37,200 bases of DNA from a virus (IMGVR_UViG_3300035562_000118:1-37200), one strand, 5' to 3'; counted from the first letter of the stretch, positions 8,433 through 18,458 are shown. The notes: a model not told the origin generated them from the sequence alone. Program-made: numbers and translations.

Positions 8433-8659
8433 TGGCTGATTCAATGGACCTTGTACAGCAGCGCGTTGAAGAAGAACGCCAGCGCCACATCCACACCGCC
8501 CGCAATAAAACGCCGGGTGTTTCCCGTGTTCTGTGCATTGATTGCGATGCGCCGATCCCGCCAGCTCGACGTCGCGCCATTCCGGGCGTGCAGTGCTGCG
8601 TCACCTGTCAGGAAATTTCAGAGCTGAAAGGCAAACACTACAACGGAGGTACGGTGTGA
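8432..8659 (+). CDS. TraR/DksA C4 zinc-finger protein (P2 Orf82-like)
   Basis: MADSMD..Q, CIDC..PIP.ARR.AIPGV.CCVTCQ. Confidence 0.9.
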   Translation: MADSMDLVQQRVEEERQRHIHTARNKTPGVSRVLCIDCDAPIPPARRRAIPGVQCCVTCQEISELKGKHYNGGTV

Positions 8660-9504
8660 GTAATAACTTAGAAACTCTTAGTCAGCCGGTTAAGCATCCA
8701 GCTATCCGTTATCACGGCGGTAAATTCCGCCTTGCATCATGGATTATCGAGCGTATGCCGGAGCATGTTTGCTACGTCGAACCTTTTGGGGGCGCAGCGG
8801 GCGTTTTGCTGCAAAAGCCACGTAGCTACTCAGAAGTCTATAACGACCTGGACGGCGAAGTAGTGAACCTTTTTCGTGTGCTGCGTGACCCGGCAATGAA
8901 TCAGCGACTGCAAGATGCCTGCTCGCTCACACCGTATTCACGCGATGAGTTTTGCGCGGCCCAGCAACAAACCGACGATCCGATTGAGCGTGCGCGTCTT
9001 ATGGTTGTTCGTGCCTGCATGGGGTTCGGTTCGGCGGCAGGTATTGGCGGTAACTCAGGCTTCCGCAGCGACAGCAAACGCAAATACGCCACCGCCGCGC
9101 ATCTATGGGCGCGTTACCCAGGGAATCTGGCCGCGGTGTGTCAGCGCCTGCAGGGCGTCATCATTGAGAACAAAGACGCGCTGGCCATAATGCGCGCCCA
9201 CGATGCTGATACCACTTTGCATTACATCGATCCGCCATATGTGCCGGAAACCCGCGTACCGGGCAACCGCTACTACAACCATGAAATGACCGTTGAAGGA
9301 CATGAACAGCTGTTGACCGTCGCAAGGACGCTCAGCGGAATGGTGATGATTAGCGGCTACGAAAGCGAGCTGTACAACGACATGCTGCGCGGATGGAAGA
9401 AAGAGACGAAGGGTTCCCGCATTAGTGCCGGGCGCGGTACGAAGGTTCGCACTGAATGCCTGTGGATAAATGATCTGTGTATGAAAAATAAGGGGGTTGC
9501 ATGA
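8656..9504 (+). CDS. DNA adenine methyltransferase 1 (Dam/D12 class); GTG start at 8656 preferred
   Basis: RYHGGK, YVEPFGGAA, NDLD, YIDPPY; GTGA overlap with upstream stop and GGAGG RBS. Confidence 0.9.
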   Translation: MSNNLETLSQPVKHPAIRYHGGKFRLASWIIERMPEHVCYVEPFGGAAGVLLQKPRSYSEVYNDLDGEVVNLFRVLRDPAMNQRLQDACSLTPYSRDEFCAAQQQTDDPIERARLMVVRACMGFGSAAGIGGNSGFRSDSKRKYATAAHLWARYPGNLAAVCQRLQGVIIENKDALAIMRAHDADTTLHYIDPPYVPETRVPGNRYYNHEMTVEGHEQLLTVARTLSGMVMISGYESELYNDMLRGWKKETKGSRISAGRGTKVRTECLWINDLCMKNKGVA

Positions 9505-10361
9505 GCACCATCCTTAAATGGGCGGGAAATAAAACCGCCATCATGCCGGAACTGATTAAGCACCTTCCTGATGGTCAGCGACTGGTTGAACCTTTCGCGG
9601 GTTCCTGCGCAGTGATGATGGCGACAGACTATCCTCATTATCTTGTCGCGGATATTAATCCCGATCTTATCAATCTCTATAAAAAAATTGTCCTTGATTG
9701 TGAAGCTTTCACATCACGCGCAAAAAATATTTTTGCGATTGCGAATAGAGAAGTTGCTTATTACAACATTAGGCATGAATTTAATCACTCCTCTGAAATT
9801 ACTGATTTCATGAGGGCAGTTTATTTCCTTTATCTAAATCGTCATGGTTATCGCGGTTTGTGCCGTTATAACCTGTGCGGGTATTTCAATGTTCCTTACG
9901 GTAATTATAAAAATCCGTATTTTCCTGAAAATGAAATACGTGCTTTTGCAGAAAAGGCACAACGCGCAACGTTTATCTGCGCCAGCTATGACGAGACGCT
10001 GGCAATGCTGCAGGTGGGGGATGTGGTTTACTGCGATCCACCGTATGACGGTACATTTACCGGTTATCACACTGCCGGTTTTACTGAGGACGATCATTAT
10101 CATCTGGCGTCTATTCTTGAGCGCCGGTCATCAGAAGGTCATCCGGTTATTGTGTCCAACAGCGACACGTCCCTGACCCGTTCGCTTTACCGTAATTTTA
10201 CCAGTCATCGCATCACAGCAAAGCGCAGCATGGGTGTGGCTGCCGGTGAAAGTAAGTCTGCAACGGAAATCATCGCCACAAAATCAGCGGCATGGTCCGG
10301 CGTTGATTTAGCGTCCGGTCCTGATATCTCCGTGGAAACTGAGGTGCGGGCGTGGCAGTGA
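9501..10361 (+). CDS. dam: DNA adenine methyltransferase 2 (typical P2-like phage Dam)
   Basis: [50 protein letters not shown]. Confidence 0.92.
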   Translation: MSTILKWAGNKTAIMPELIKHLPDGQRLVEPFAGSCAVMMATDYPHYLVADINPDLINLYKKIVLDCEAFTSRAKNIFAIANREVAYYNIRHEFNHSSEITDFMRAVYFLYLNRHGYRGLCRYNLCGYFNVPYGNYKNPYFPENEIRAFAEKAQRATFICASYDETLAMLQVGDVVYCDPPYDGTFTGYHTAGFTEDDHYHLASILERRSSEGHPVIVSNSDTSLTRSLYRNFTSHRITAKRSMGVAAGESKSATEIIATKSAAWSGVDLASGPDISVETEVRAWQ

Positions 10362-12760
10362 GTCAATTCACGTTACATAAGGAACCAGCCACCGGCGGCT
10401 CAGATGAGGCCGCCGCAGCCTTTTCATGGAGCGCACCAAAAAAAGCGGTTAACCCGTATCTGGGCCCGGCGGAAGTTGCGCCGGAGTCCGCGCTTTCAAA
10501 CCTGATCACTCTTTACGCTGCGGATAATGATCAGGAGCAGCTGCGCCGCGAGGCGCTGAGTGATGAGGTCTGGGAACGCTATTTCTTCAATGAGTTCCGT
10601 GATCCTGTTCAGCGCGAAATGGAGCAGGACCGGCTGATCAGCAGTGCCAAAATGGCCCGCGAGCAGCAGCGATTTAATCCCGATCTGGTGATTCTGGCTG
10701 ACGTAAGCGCCATGCCGGCCCATATCAGCAAACCTCTGCTGGAAAGGATTGAATATTTCCATAATCTGGGCAGAGCTAAAGCCTATTCCCGCTATCTGCG
10801 TGAAACTATCAGACCGTGCCTTGAGCGACTGGAGCGCGTGCGTGACAGTCAGGTGTCTGCCTCTTTTCGGTTTATGGCGAGCCATGACGGGCTGGAGGGG
10901 CTGCTGGTATTGCCTGAAATGAGTCAGGATCAGGTCAAGCGCCTTTCCACGCTGGTTGCAGCGCATATGAGCATGTGTCTTGATGTGGCCTGCGGCGATC
11001 TGTTGGTCAGCGACGATGTTAAACCAGAAGAAATCCGCCTGGCATGGGAAAGAATGGCTGCAGAAGTCTTGCGGCTTGAAGTTATCCCGCCAGCATTTGA
11101 GAAGCTGCGCCGGAAGAAGCGCCGCCGTAAGCCCGTGCCGTATGAGCTGATTCCAGCTTCACTTTTACGCATGATGTGTGCGGACTGGTGGTATAGCAAA
11201 TTATGGCAGATGCGCTGCGAGTGGCGGGAGGAACAGCTGCGCGCCGTCTGCCTGGTCAACAAGAAAGCCTCCCCGTATGTCAGCTATGAAGCCGTGATCC
11301 ACAAACGCGAGCAGCGCCGCAAATCGCTGGAGTTCTTCCGCTCGCATGAGCTGGTCAACGAAGACGGCGACACGCTGGACATGGAAGACGTGGTGAATGC
11401 CAGCAACAGCAACCCGGCACACCGCCGTAACGAAATGATGGCCTGCGTTAAAGGACTGGAGCTGATCGCGGAAATGCGCGGAGACTGTGCGGTGTTCTAT
11501 ACCATCACCTGCCCGTCACGCTTCCACGCAACCCTCAACAACGGCAGGCCAAATCCGAAGTGGTCCAGCGCCACGGTCAGACAGAGCAGTGATTATCTGG
11601 TTGATACCTTCGCCGCTTTCCGCAAGGCAATGCACAAGGCCGGGCTGCGCTGGTATGGCGTTCGCGTTGCAGAGCCGCACCATGACGGCACCGTGCACTG
11701 GCATCTGCTGTGCTTCATGCGAAAAAAAGACCGTCGCTCCATCACCGCACTGTTGCGTAAGTTTGCCATCCGTGAAGACCGCGAGGAGCTGGGCAACAAT
11801 ACGGGGCCGCGCTTCAAGTCCGAACTTATCAACCCGCGCAAGGGCACGCCGACCAGCTATATTGCCAAATACATTAGCAAGAACATCGACGGGCGCGGGC
11901 TGGCTAAAGAAATCAGCAAAGAAACCGGCAGATCGCTGCGCGACAGCGCCGAGCATGTCACGGCCTGGGCGTCACTGCACCGGGTTCAGCAATTCCGTTT
12001 CTTTGGTATTCCGGGGCGTCAGGCATACCGCGAGCTGCGCTTGCTGGCTGGTCAGGCCGCGAGAGCGCAGGGCGAGCACAAAGCGGGTGCGCCGGTACTG
12101 GATAACCCGCGTCTGGATGCGGTGCTGGCAGCGGCTGATGCGGGCTGCTTTGCGACCTACATCATGAAACAGGGTGGTGTGCTGGTTCCCCGCAAACATC
12201 ACCTTGTCCGCACGGCTTATGAGCTTAACGACGAGCCGAGTGCCTACGGCGATCACGGCATCCGTATTTATGGCATCTGGTCCCCGATTGCAGAGGGCAA
12301 GATTTGCACGCACGCGGTGAAGTGGAAAAAGGTTCGTAAGGCCGTTGACGTTCAGGAGGCGACAGCCGACCAGGGCGCTTGCGCCCCTTGGACTCGTGGC
12401 AATAACTGTCCCCCTGTTGAAAATCTGAACAAATCAGGGGGTGATTTACCCGATATTAAAGCCATGGATGAGAAGGAACTGCAGGAATATCTCCACAACA
12501 TGGGCCAGAAGGAACGGCGGGAGCTGACAGCCAGGTTAAGGCTGGTAAAACCGAAGCGGAAAAAAGCATACAAACAGAATATTTCGGATCAGCAGCGCCT
12601 GCAGCTTGAGGCAGAGCTGAGTTCCAGAGGGTTCGATGGCAGCGAGTCAGAGATTGATCTGCTTCTGCGAGGGGGCAGCATCCCGTCAGGTGCCGGGCTA
12701 CGCGTTTTTTACCGCAACCATCGACTGCAGGAAGATGACAAATGGCGTCAGTGGTACTGA
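10352..12760 (+). CDS. A: Rolling-circle replication initiator, protein A
   Basis: [20 protein letters not shown] (HUH), YIAKYISKN (two Tyr). Confidence 0.95.
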   Translation: MAVSQFTLHKEPATGGSDEAAAAFSWSAPKKAVNPYLGPAEVAPESALSNLITLYAADNDQEQLRREALSDEVWERYFFNEFRDPVQREMEQDRLISSAKMAREQQRFNPDLVILADVSAMPAHISKPLLERIEYFHNLGRAKAYSRYLRETIRPCLERLERVRDSQVSASFRFMASHDGLEGLLVLPEMSQDQVKRLSTLVAAHMSMCLDVACGDLLVSDDVKPEEIRLAWERMAAEVLRLEVIPPAFEKLRRKKRRRKPVPYELIPASLLRMMCADWWYSKLWQMRCEWREEQLRAVCLVNKKASPYVSYEAVIHKREQRRKSLEFFRSHELVNEDGDTLDMEDVVNASNSNPAHRRNEMMACVKGLELIAEMRGDCAVFYTITCPSRFHATLNNGRPNPKWSSATVRQSSDYLVDTFAAFRKAMHKAGLRWYGVRVAEPHHDGTVHWHLLCFMRKKDRRSITALLRKFAIREDREELGNNTGPRFKSELINPRKGTPTSYIAKYISKNIDGRGLAKEISKETGRSLRDSAEHVTAWASLHRVQQFRFFGIPGRQAYRELRLLAGQAARAQGEHKAGAPVLDNPRLDAVLAAADAGCFATYIMKQGGVLVPRKHHLVRTAYELNDEPSAYGDHGIRIYGIWSPIAEGKICTHAVKWKKVRKAVDVQEATADQGACAPWTRGNNCPPVENLNKSGGDLPDIKAMDEKELQEYLHNMGQKERRELTARLRLVKPKRKKAYKQNISDQQRLQLEAELSSRGFDGSESEIDLLLRGGSIPSGAGLRVFYRNHRLQEDDKWRQWY
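12373..12410 (+). other. Putative replication origin within gene A
   Basis: GGGCGC-TT-GCGCCC hairpin followed by CTTGGACTCGTGGCAATAACTGT, resembling the P2/186 ori located in the 3' part of A. Confidence 0.6.
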
Positions 12761-12831
12761 CTGCAGGGCGTTAACAATTCATGCTCTTAACGACCTTCGT
12801 CAGAACGTTCTCATTGACGGATAAAAAATAT

Positions 12832-12887
12832 TTTACATTTGGATATCAGGGGTATACTGTATATATAAACAGTGGATATATATACAG
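12832..12887 (+). promoter_or_regulatory. SOS promoter with LexA box(es)
   Basis: TTTACA-17-TACTGT; perfect CTGT-N8-ACAG at 12857-12872 and an overlapping degenerate GTGG-N8-ACAG at 12872-12887. Confidence 0.85.
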
Positions 12888-12921
12888 TTAATGTATGTCC
12901 GTGGTCGTGATAGGAGGGAAG

Positions 12922-13110
12922 ATGCAGGACTATCTTTTGGAGTCGTTGAAGCTCCAGCGCATTGATTTTTTTATTAAGCTTGTAGCGGCTAGTGAGTGCA
13001 GTGACGAAGAGAAGCGGCTGGCTATTCAGTGGGTATCTGAGTTGACTGACGAACTCATGGCGAAAATCCGCAGCCATGAATACTGCCGGTCCATGGACGT
13101 CACCAGTTAG
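12922..13110 (+). CDS. TumA-like SOS-induced antirepressor
   Basis: MQDYLLESLKLQRIDFF..; AGGAGG RBS; behind LexA box as in the 186 tum operon. Confidence 0.7.
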   Translation: MQDYLLESLKLQRIDFFIKLVAASECSDEEKRLAIQWVSELTDELMAKIRSHEYCRSMDVTS

Positions 13111-13120
13111 GGGGATCTGT

Positions 13121-13354
13121 ATGCGCATTGAAATAATGATCGATAAAGAGCAGAAGATTAGCCAGGCTACGCTGGACGCCCTTGAAACCGAGCTTTACCG
13201 TAATTTGCGCCCTCTGTACCCAAAAACAGCAATTCGAATTCGCAAGGGCAGCGCCAATGGTGTTGAGCTGAGCGGGTTAAAACTGGATGAAGACAAAAAG
13301 CGAGTTATGGAGATTATGCAGCAGGTCTGGGAGGACGACAGCTGGTTACATTAG
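13121..13354 (+). CDS. DinI-family protein (TumB-like)
   Basis: MRIEIMIDK...AL..EL.R.L...YP...IR...G..NG.......EIMQQVWEDDSW. Confidence 0.88.
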   Translation: MRIEIMIDKEQKISQATLDALETELYRNLRPLYPKTAIRIRKGSANGVELSGLKLDEDKKRVMEIMQQVWEDDSWLH

Positions 13355-13488
13355 CGAACGTTGCGGACGATAAAACTGGCTTTTACCGTCAGCAAGGTTG
13401 AACAACGAGCTTCGCGAGGCGTTAGCGCCTTAGTGCATGGCTATGCTGCATGAGATCGCATGATCGTTTGAGGATCGTTTTAGCTGAG

Positions 13489-13512
13489 GCCCGCCAGGAA
13501 TGGCGGGCTTTT
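13489..13512 (+). terminator. Terminator-like hairpin left of cos
   Basis: GCCCGCCA-GGAA-TGGCGGGC-TTTT. Confidence 0.65.
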
Positions 13513-13557
13513 GCTTATGTCATGCAGGCGCATGAAAACCGCTACATAAAGCGGGCA

Positions 13558-13576
13558 GGCGTGGCGGGGATACGAG
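13558..13576 (+). other. cos site (19-nt cohesive end)
   Basis: GGCGTGGCGGGGATACGAG resembles the P2/186 cohesive end (GGCGWGGCGGGGAAAGCAY); preceded by ATAAAGCGGGCA and followed by GCGCGCGC. Confidence 0.8.
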
Positions 13577-13676
13577 CGCGCGCTAGCACTCATCTATGGT
13601 ATTGTGTGGCACAATTATCTATAGTCTAAGGTAGAGATTGCAAAACTTTCCTAAGGGATTTTTTAAAAGGTAGAGG

Positions 13677-14831
13677 ATGAGAATGAGCAAGGTAGATGAA
13701 CAGCAAATGCCATTAGAACTTAATGAAGAAAATGAAAATGAAAATGAAGTTGAACCTTATGAACATATTAAAGAAAGAAAGGTTGTCATACAACCGTATG
13801 ATTATGCTGTTCGTACGCTCGTAGATATGATTATCGAGGGTGACTTGATTCTTGAACCAGATTATCAAAGAAAATATCAATGGGATGATGTTAAAGCGTC
13901 GAGGTTTATTGAGTCCATCGCTCTAAATATACCTGTTCCAGTTGTATATTTAGCTGAGGAAAAGGATGGTACATTTAGTGTTATAGATGGTCAGCAGAGA
14001 TTGACATCTCTATTTAGATTTATTAAGGCAACCGAAATTGAGAATCTATTTCCCGCTTCTGGGCTGACACCTCTTAAACTTAGTGGGCTGAAAATAATTT
14101 CAGAAATAAATGGGATGGAATATCTGGAGTTAGATCGCGTCCTTCGCTCTAATATTGCCAAAAGAGCCATCAGATGTATTGTTGTTCTTAATGAGTCGGA
14201 TGAGGCTTTAAAATTTGAAGTATTTGAGCGACTAAATACTGGAAGTGCATCACTGTCTGATCAGGAAGTACGTAATTGCGTGTACAGAGGTAGCTATAAT
14301 GAGCTCTTAAAAAGATTAGCAAGATATGAAAAATTTGAAGAGTTAATTTCATTACCGGAGCAGGATGCTAAGTCAATGAAAGCTGTTGAATTAGTCCTGA
14401 GATTTTTGGCATATAGAGAGCTGACTACTACTTCTGAGTATTCTGATAATTACTCTGAATACTTGAATTTGCATATGGAAGAAAATCGCGAGATATCAAC
14501 GCCTAGAGCGGAGGCTATTCAATCACTTTTTTATGGAACAGTCGATCTGATTTATGATGTCCTGGGACCAGGCACTGCGTTTAGAAAACCAAGAAATCAA
14601 GTTGATCCGCACGACGGTTTCTTTCAAAATAGAATTAATGGTTCCATCTATGAGTCTCAGATGGTTGCCTTTTCTAGGGCGATAGAGCATGGCTGGAAAG
14701 GGGACTTGGCAGCAAAAGCTTTTAGTGCTTTCCAGGTAGATGGCTACTGGAAAAGCCTTTTCCAAGGGACATCTAAAAAGCATTCAGCATTGAGCAGGAG
14801 CACTGTTCTGACCGAGGCATTGATGGAGTAA
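13677..14831 (+). CDS. DUF262 (GmrSD N-terminal, ParB/Srx-like) protein
   Basis: PDYQRKYQW, FIESI...IP.P..Y, VIDGQQRLTSL, EVFERLNTG..L..QEVRN; start 13677 or 13683. Confidence 0.9.
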   Translation: MRMSKVDEQQMPLELNEENENENEVEPYEHIKERKVVIQPYDYAVRTLVDMIIEGDLILEPDYQRKYQWDDVKASRFIESIALNIPVPVVYLAEEKDGTFSVIDGQQRLTSLFRFIKATEIENLFPASGLTPLKLSGLKIISEINGMEYLELDRVLRSNIAKRAIRCIVVLNESDEALKFEVFERLNTGSASLSDQEVRNCVYRGSYNELLKRLARYEKFEELISLPEQDAKSMKAVELVLRFLAYRELTTTSEYSDNYSEYLNLHMEENREISTPRAEAIQSLFYGTVDLIYDVLGPGTAFRKPRNQVDPHDGFFQNRINGSIYESQMVAFSRAIEHGWKGDLAAKAFSAFQVDGYWKSLFQGTSKKHSALSRSTVLTEALME

Positions 14832-14835
14832 CAGC

Positions 14836-15615
14836 ATGGAATGCAGATCCGATTACATCAAGAGATTTGACGAAATCAATCTCCTTGCTGATATGGCTGA
14901 GGAAAACTCTAAGCCAGGTGGGAATATAACAGCTACAAATGCGTTAACCCGCTCAGGATTAGTTTTATTATGTGGTTATTTTGAGGGCTTTGTACGTGAA
15001 ATGTGCAAAGAGTTTGTTGATGAACTGAATGATTTAAGTATCGCCCCATCTTTGATGCCAGTTAGGATGTTATCAGAGCATGCTATTACTTGTTCTGATA
15101 AGATAAAGAACAATAAATGTGGACCCTTTTCTGATTTTATAATGAACGTTGAGCGGGCTTCACCGATACAGTTGGATAGCGATAAGTTATCTTCAACAAA
15201 TGCTAATCCAACCGTTGATACAATTGAACGTATATTTAACATGTTTGATATACCCGTGGTTTTAGATGAATTGTCACTTAGCGATTTTGATGTCGATGAT
15301 ATGTATAATTTTGAATCACAGGTGAACGAGACATTAAAACAGTCAATACTACAAGCGGTTGACGGAGACTCAATAAAAGAAAGTGATATTGTTAATTTAA
15401 TTGAGTCTAAGTGGGCGGCAAAAAAGAAACGTAGACGTGTTGGATATTTGAATATTATCGATGAGCTTTTGAAGAAAAGAAATAGGATTGCTCACGGAGA
15501 GGGGTTTGATGAAGTGACCCCTCAAGAACTTCGAGAGGTCACCAAACAAATTACGAGGTTATGTGATGGTTTGATTGATAAGTTAAAGACGAAATTGAAC
15601 GATATTTCACCTTAG
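14836..15615 (+). CDS. HEPN nuclease (RiboL-PSP / MAE_28990-like)
   Basis: RSGLVLLCGYFEGFV, ANPTVDTI..IF, RNRIAHG (R-X4-H). Confidence 0.85.
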   Translation: MECRSDYIKRFDEINLLADMAEENSKPGGNITATNALTRSGLVLLCGYFEGFVREMCKEFVDELNDLSIAPSLMPVRMLSEHAITCSDKIKNNKCGPFSDFIMNVERASPIQLDSDKLSSTNANPTVDTIERIFNMFDIPVVLDELSLSDFDVDDMYNFESQVNETLKQSILQAVDGDSIKESDIVNLIESKWAAKKKRRRVGYLNIIDELLKKRNRIAHGEGFDEVTPQELREVTKQITRLCDGLIDKLKTKLNDISP

Positions 15616-16646
15616 ATATCAATGGAATATTGAGTGAATGTAATTACTTTCTCACCAACCCATTCGTTGAGTTCAGATAGGCGTTTTTGTAGAGGTATTA
15701 ATTCATTTCTGACAAAAACTTTGCTTGCTTTTTCAATATCACCAAAACCACCAACATTATTTGGCATGATGCCCATCATCTGCGGTGGCACGCGGTGGGC
15801 TGCCATCATGTCATCACGGCTCACGTTCTTGATGTTCAGAAACTCATCCTTTGCCGCCACCTCTGAAAGCGGGATGATCTGAATGCCATCCTTTTTACCG
15901 TTGGGCGAGTACATGAACAGGTTGCGGAAGTTTCCCGGTCCTTTGGCGCTTTTCATGGCCTGGCGGATGTTGTTCACGTCCTCCTGGTTCTGCGCGGCGT
16001 CGGTCATGTACATGATAAAACCCGCATGGCTGCCGTTGATGTAATACTTCCGGCGGAACAGCGTGGCAGATTCATTCAGCAGGGCGGAAGGGATGGCTGA
16101 CAGGTATTCCGGCAGGCCGTAAATCTCCTGGTTCAGGTCCGGCTCCATCAGGTGAAAGATGCTGCCTTTGGTGAACTCGTAGGGCTGCGTGGTCAGGCCA
16201 TATTGCACAAACCAGTAGGTATTGAGATCGATCCCGCGGCGGGTGTATTTCGCCAGCGATGGCTCCAGCGACAGAATGCCGCCCAGCCGGTTCGTCCGTT
16301 TCTCCAGATAGGCGTTCCCAAACACCAGGTAGTCCTGCACGAAACGGCTGAATGCCTGCTGGCTCAACAGCGGGTGGGGGATAAACGTGCTGGTCAGAAT
16401 GTTACGCTTAACGGCAATCGGTGAGCTGTGATGCACGGCGGCGCGGTAGGTGCGGGCCAGGCCGTCAAAGCTCACCGGTGGCTCATACCAACGGTCCATC
16501 TGCACGCATTCCACGTAATCCAGCAGCTCGCGGCGGTCCAGTACCGGGATCGGATCACCAAAGCTGAACGCCTCCGCAGTGGCGGCCGTGCTTTGCTGCA
16601 TGGTGGTTTCTGCTGGCGCGTCGGCGAGGACGTCGTGTTCACTCAT
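15612..16646 (-). CDS. Q: Portal protein
   Basis: AEAFSFGDP.PVLD, WYEPPVS, QEIYGLPEY, FRRKYY.NGSHAG, AHRVPPQMMG. Confidence 0.96.
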   Translation of the reverse strand: MSEHDVLADAPAETTMQQSTAATAEAFSFGDPIPVLDRRELLDYVECVQMDRWYEPPVSFDGLARTYRAAVHHSSPIAVKRNILTSTFIPHPLLSQQAFSRFVQDYLVFGNAYLEKRTNRLGGILSLEPSLAKYTRRGIDLNTYWFVQYGLTTQPYEFTKGSIFHLMEPDLNQEIYGLPEYLSAIPSALLNESATLFRRKYYINGSHAGFIMYMTDAAQNQEDVNNIRQAMKSAKGPGNFRNLFMYSPNGKKDGIQIIPLSEVAAKDEFLNIKNVSRDDMMAAHRVPPQMMGIMPNNVGGFGDIEKASKVFVRNELIPLQKRLSELNEWVGEKVITFTQYSIDI

Positions 16647-18412
16647 TAAAAAATCTCCACAATGTTACTGGTATTGGCTGCTTCGCCCTGTAGCGGTTCG
16701 TTAAACAGCGCGTGCATCGTTGCCCAGGCCAAATCTGCGTGGCTGGCTTCTTCGCTGCGGCTGGCTTCGTAGGTGGGGCGGTTGCCACTGGCGGTGGTGG
16801 CGCGGCGGATAGCCATAAATGACTGAGCAATGTCGGTGTGTCCGGCGTCGAACTCCAGGCGGCGGTGGCTGATAATGTCGTAGGCCTTGAGCACCAGGGC
16901 GTTTTTCACGTTGGGGTTGTAGACAAACTCCCGCACAGCGGGAAAGAACGCTTTCACGTTCTCATAAACACCGTGACCGACGCCGGTTGAGTCGATGCCG
17001 ATATAGGTCACGTTATATTGCTGCGTCAGCTGTTTGATGGCGTCAGCCTGGGTGCGGAAGTCCATACCGCGCCACTGGTGACGCTCCAGAATGCGGAACT
17101 TGCCGCCAGGCACGGATGGCGGTGCCATCACCACGCACCCGGCGCTGTCACCGTTCTGCGTACCTTTTGCGGGGTCATAGCCGATCCAGACTTCGCGCCA
17201 GCCGAACGGGCGCAGCGCCAGCGCCTGAAAATCGGACCAGACTTCCCAGCTGTCCACCATGCATGCCTGCAGCTCGCTGAGCGGGAACACTGACGCCAGA
17301 TCGTCAATAAATTCACACATCAGCAGGTTCTGGTATTCGTCCGGGCTGTACTCCATGCGCAGCTGGTCCAGGTCGAACAGGTTGCAGCCGCCGCGCACCG
17401 CATCCTCCACGGTGACGATCTGGCGGTACTGTCCGTCCGGGCAGAGCACGCCGCGCGCAAGGTTGCTGTGGGTCAGGTCAATATCCACCTTGTCCGCTTT
17501 GGCGCGGCCCCGGTTGAACAGTGCCCCGGACCAGAACGGGTAGGCGCTGTGGGTCAGGCTGGACGGCGTGGAAAAGTAGGTTTGTCGCCATTTCTTGTGA
17601 ATGGCCATGCCGGAGGCAACTTTGCGCAGCTCCTGGAATTTCGGGATCCAGAAATATTCATCAAGGTACAGATTGCCGTGGTAGCTCTGTGCCGTGCGGG
17701 CGTTGGTGCCGAGAAAGTACAGGCACGCCCCGTTGCTGAGCGTCATCGGGTCGCCTTTCAGCTCCACATCCACCTCTTTGGCAAAGTCGATGATGTACTG
17801 CTTAAAGACGTGTGCCTGCGCCTTACTGGCTGAGAGAAAAATCTGGTTGCGCCCGGTGGTGATGGCATCAATCAGCGCCTCGCGGGCAAAAAAGTATGTT
17901 GCCCCAATCTGACGTGATTTAAGCAGGTTGCGAATGCGGTGTTTTACGCCTGCCTGCCACCAGTGGCGCTGATATTCAAACATGCCGTTGCGGAAGATTT
18001 CTTCCAGCTTTTCGGTCTGTTCATCGGTGAAAACGTTCTTTTCTGGCTGGCGACGTGGGCCTTTGTTGCGGTTGGCAACGTTCGGGTTTAAGTCCGCTTC
18101 GTTACCGCCCTCGTTGAATTTACCGATCCGGGCATGGCGCTCTGACTGGCGCGCCAGCAGGTCAATTTCCTTGAAGTCTTTCCCTTCCTTCTGCTCCTTC
18201 ATGATGAGCTGGCAGTAACGCGCGGCGGTGGTGAGCTGCATCTGGTCCAGCGGCCCATATTCGGCCCATTTATCGCGTTTCTTCCAGCTGTGAACGGTTG
18301 CAACTTTCTCGCCCAGCATTTCAGCAATGCGGGCTACGCGGTATCCCTGAAAGTACAGCAGCATAGCCTGCCGACGGGGATCGAGGTCTGCGGGGGTCAG
18401 TGTCGTGTTCAT
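16646..18412 (-). CDS. P: Terminase large (ATPase) subunit; start at 18412
   Basis: DPRRQAMLLYFQG, LKSRQIGAT, YLDEYFW, GYDPA. Confidence 0.96.
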   Translation of the reverse strand: MNTTLTPADLDPRRQAMLLYFQGYRVARIAEMLGEKVATVHSWKKRDKWAEYGPLDQMQLTTAARYCQLIMKEQKEGKDFKEIDLLARQSERHARIGKFNEGGNEADLNPNVANRNKGPRRQPEKNVFTDEQTEKLEEIFRNGMFEYQRHWWQAGVKHRIRNLLKSRQIGATYFFAREALIDAITTGRNQIFLSASKAQAHVFKQYIIDFAKEVDVELKGDPMTLSNGACLYFLGTNARTAQSYHGNLYLDEYFWIPKFQELRKVASGMAIHKKWRQTYFSTPSSLTHSAYPFWSGALFNRGRAKADKVDIDLTHSNLARGVLCPDGQYRQIVTVEDAVRGGCNLFDLDQLRMEYSPDEYQNLLMCEFIDDLASVFPLSELQACMVDSWEVWSDFQALALRPFGWREVWIGYDPAKGTQNGDSAGCVVMAPPSVPGGKFRILERHQWRGMDFRTQADAIKQLTQQYNVTYIGIDSTGVGHGVYENVKAFFPAVREFVYNPNVKNALVLKAYDIISHRRLEFDAGHTDIAQSFMAIRRATTASGNRPTYEASRSEEASHADLAWATMHALFNEPLQGEAANTSNIVEIF

Positions 18413-18458
18413 GGCCCAAACATACGGGCTTGCCTGACGGCTTTCCCCGGCTGCGGTT

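Noticed and set aside
8542-8655. Extended N-terminus of MTase 1
   Set aside because: Overlaps the zinc-finger gene; GTG at 8656 has an RBS and stop/start coupling
10496-13128. Alternative-frame and antisense ORFs over gene A and tum
   Set aside because: Shadow ORFs typical of GC-rich coding sequence
13350-13430. Integron attC-like site (hairpin ending in GTTAG)
   Set aside because: No complementary RYYYAAC core and no integron integrase
13728-13745. GAAAAT x3 microsatellite as a phase-variation switch
   Set aside because: Unit is 6 bp, so slippage keeps frame; it encodes an acidic ENENEN linker
13677-14831. Complete type IV restriction enzyme GmrSD
   Set aside because: No HNH/DUF1524 motif seen; partner is HEPN
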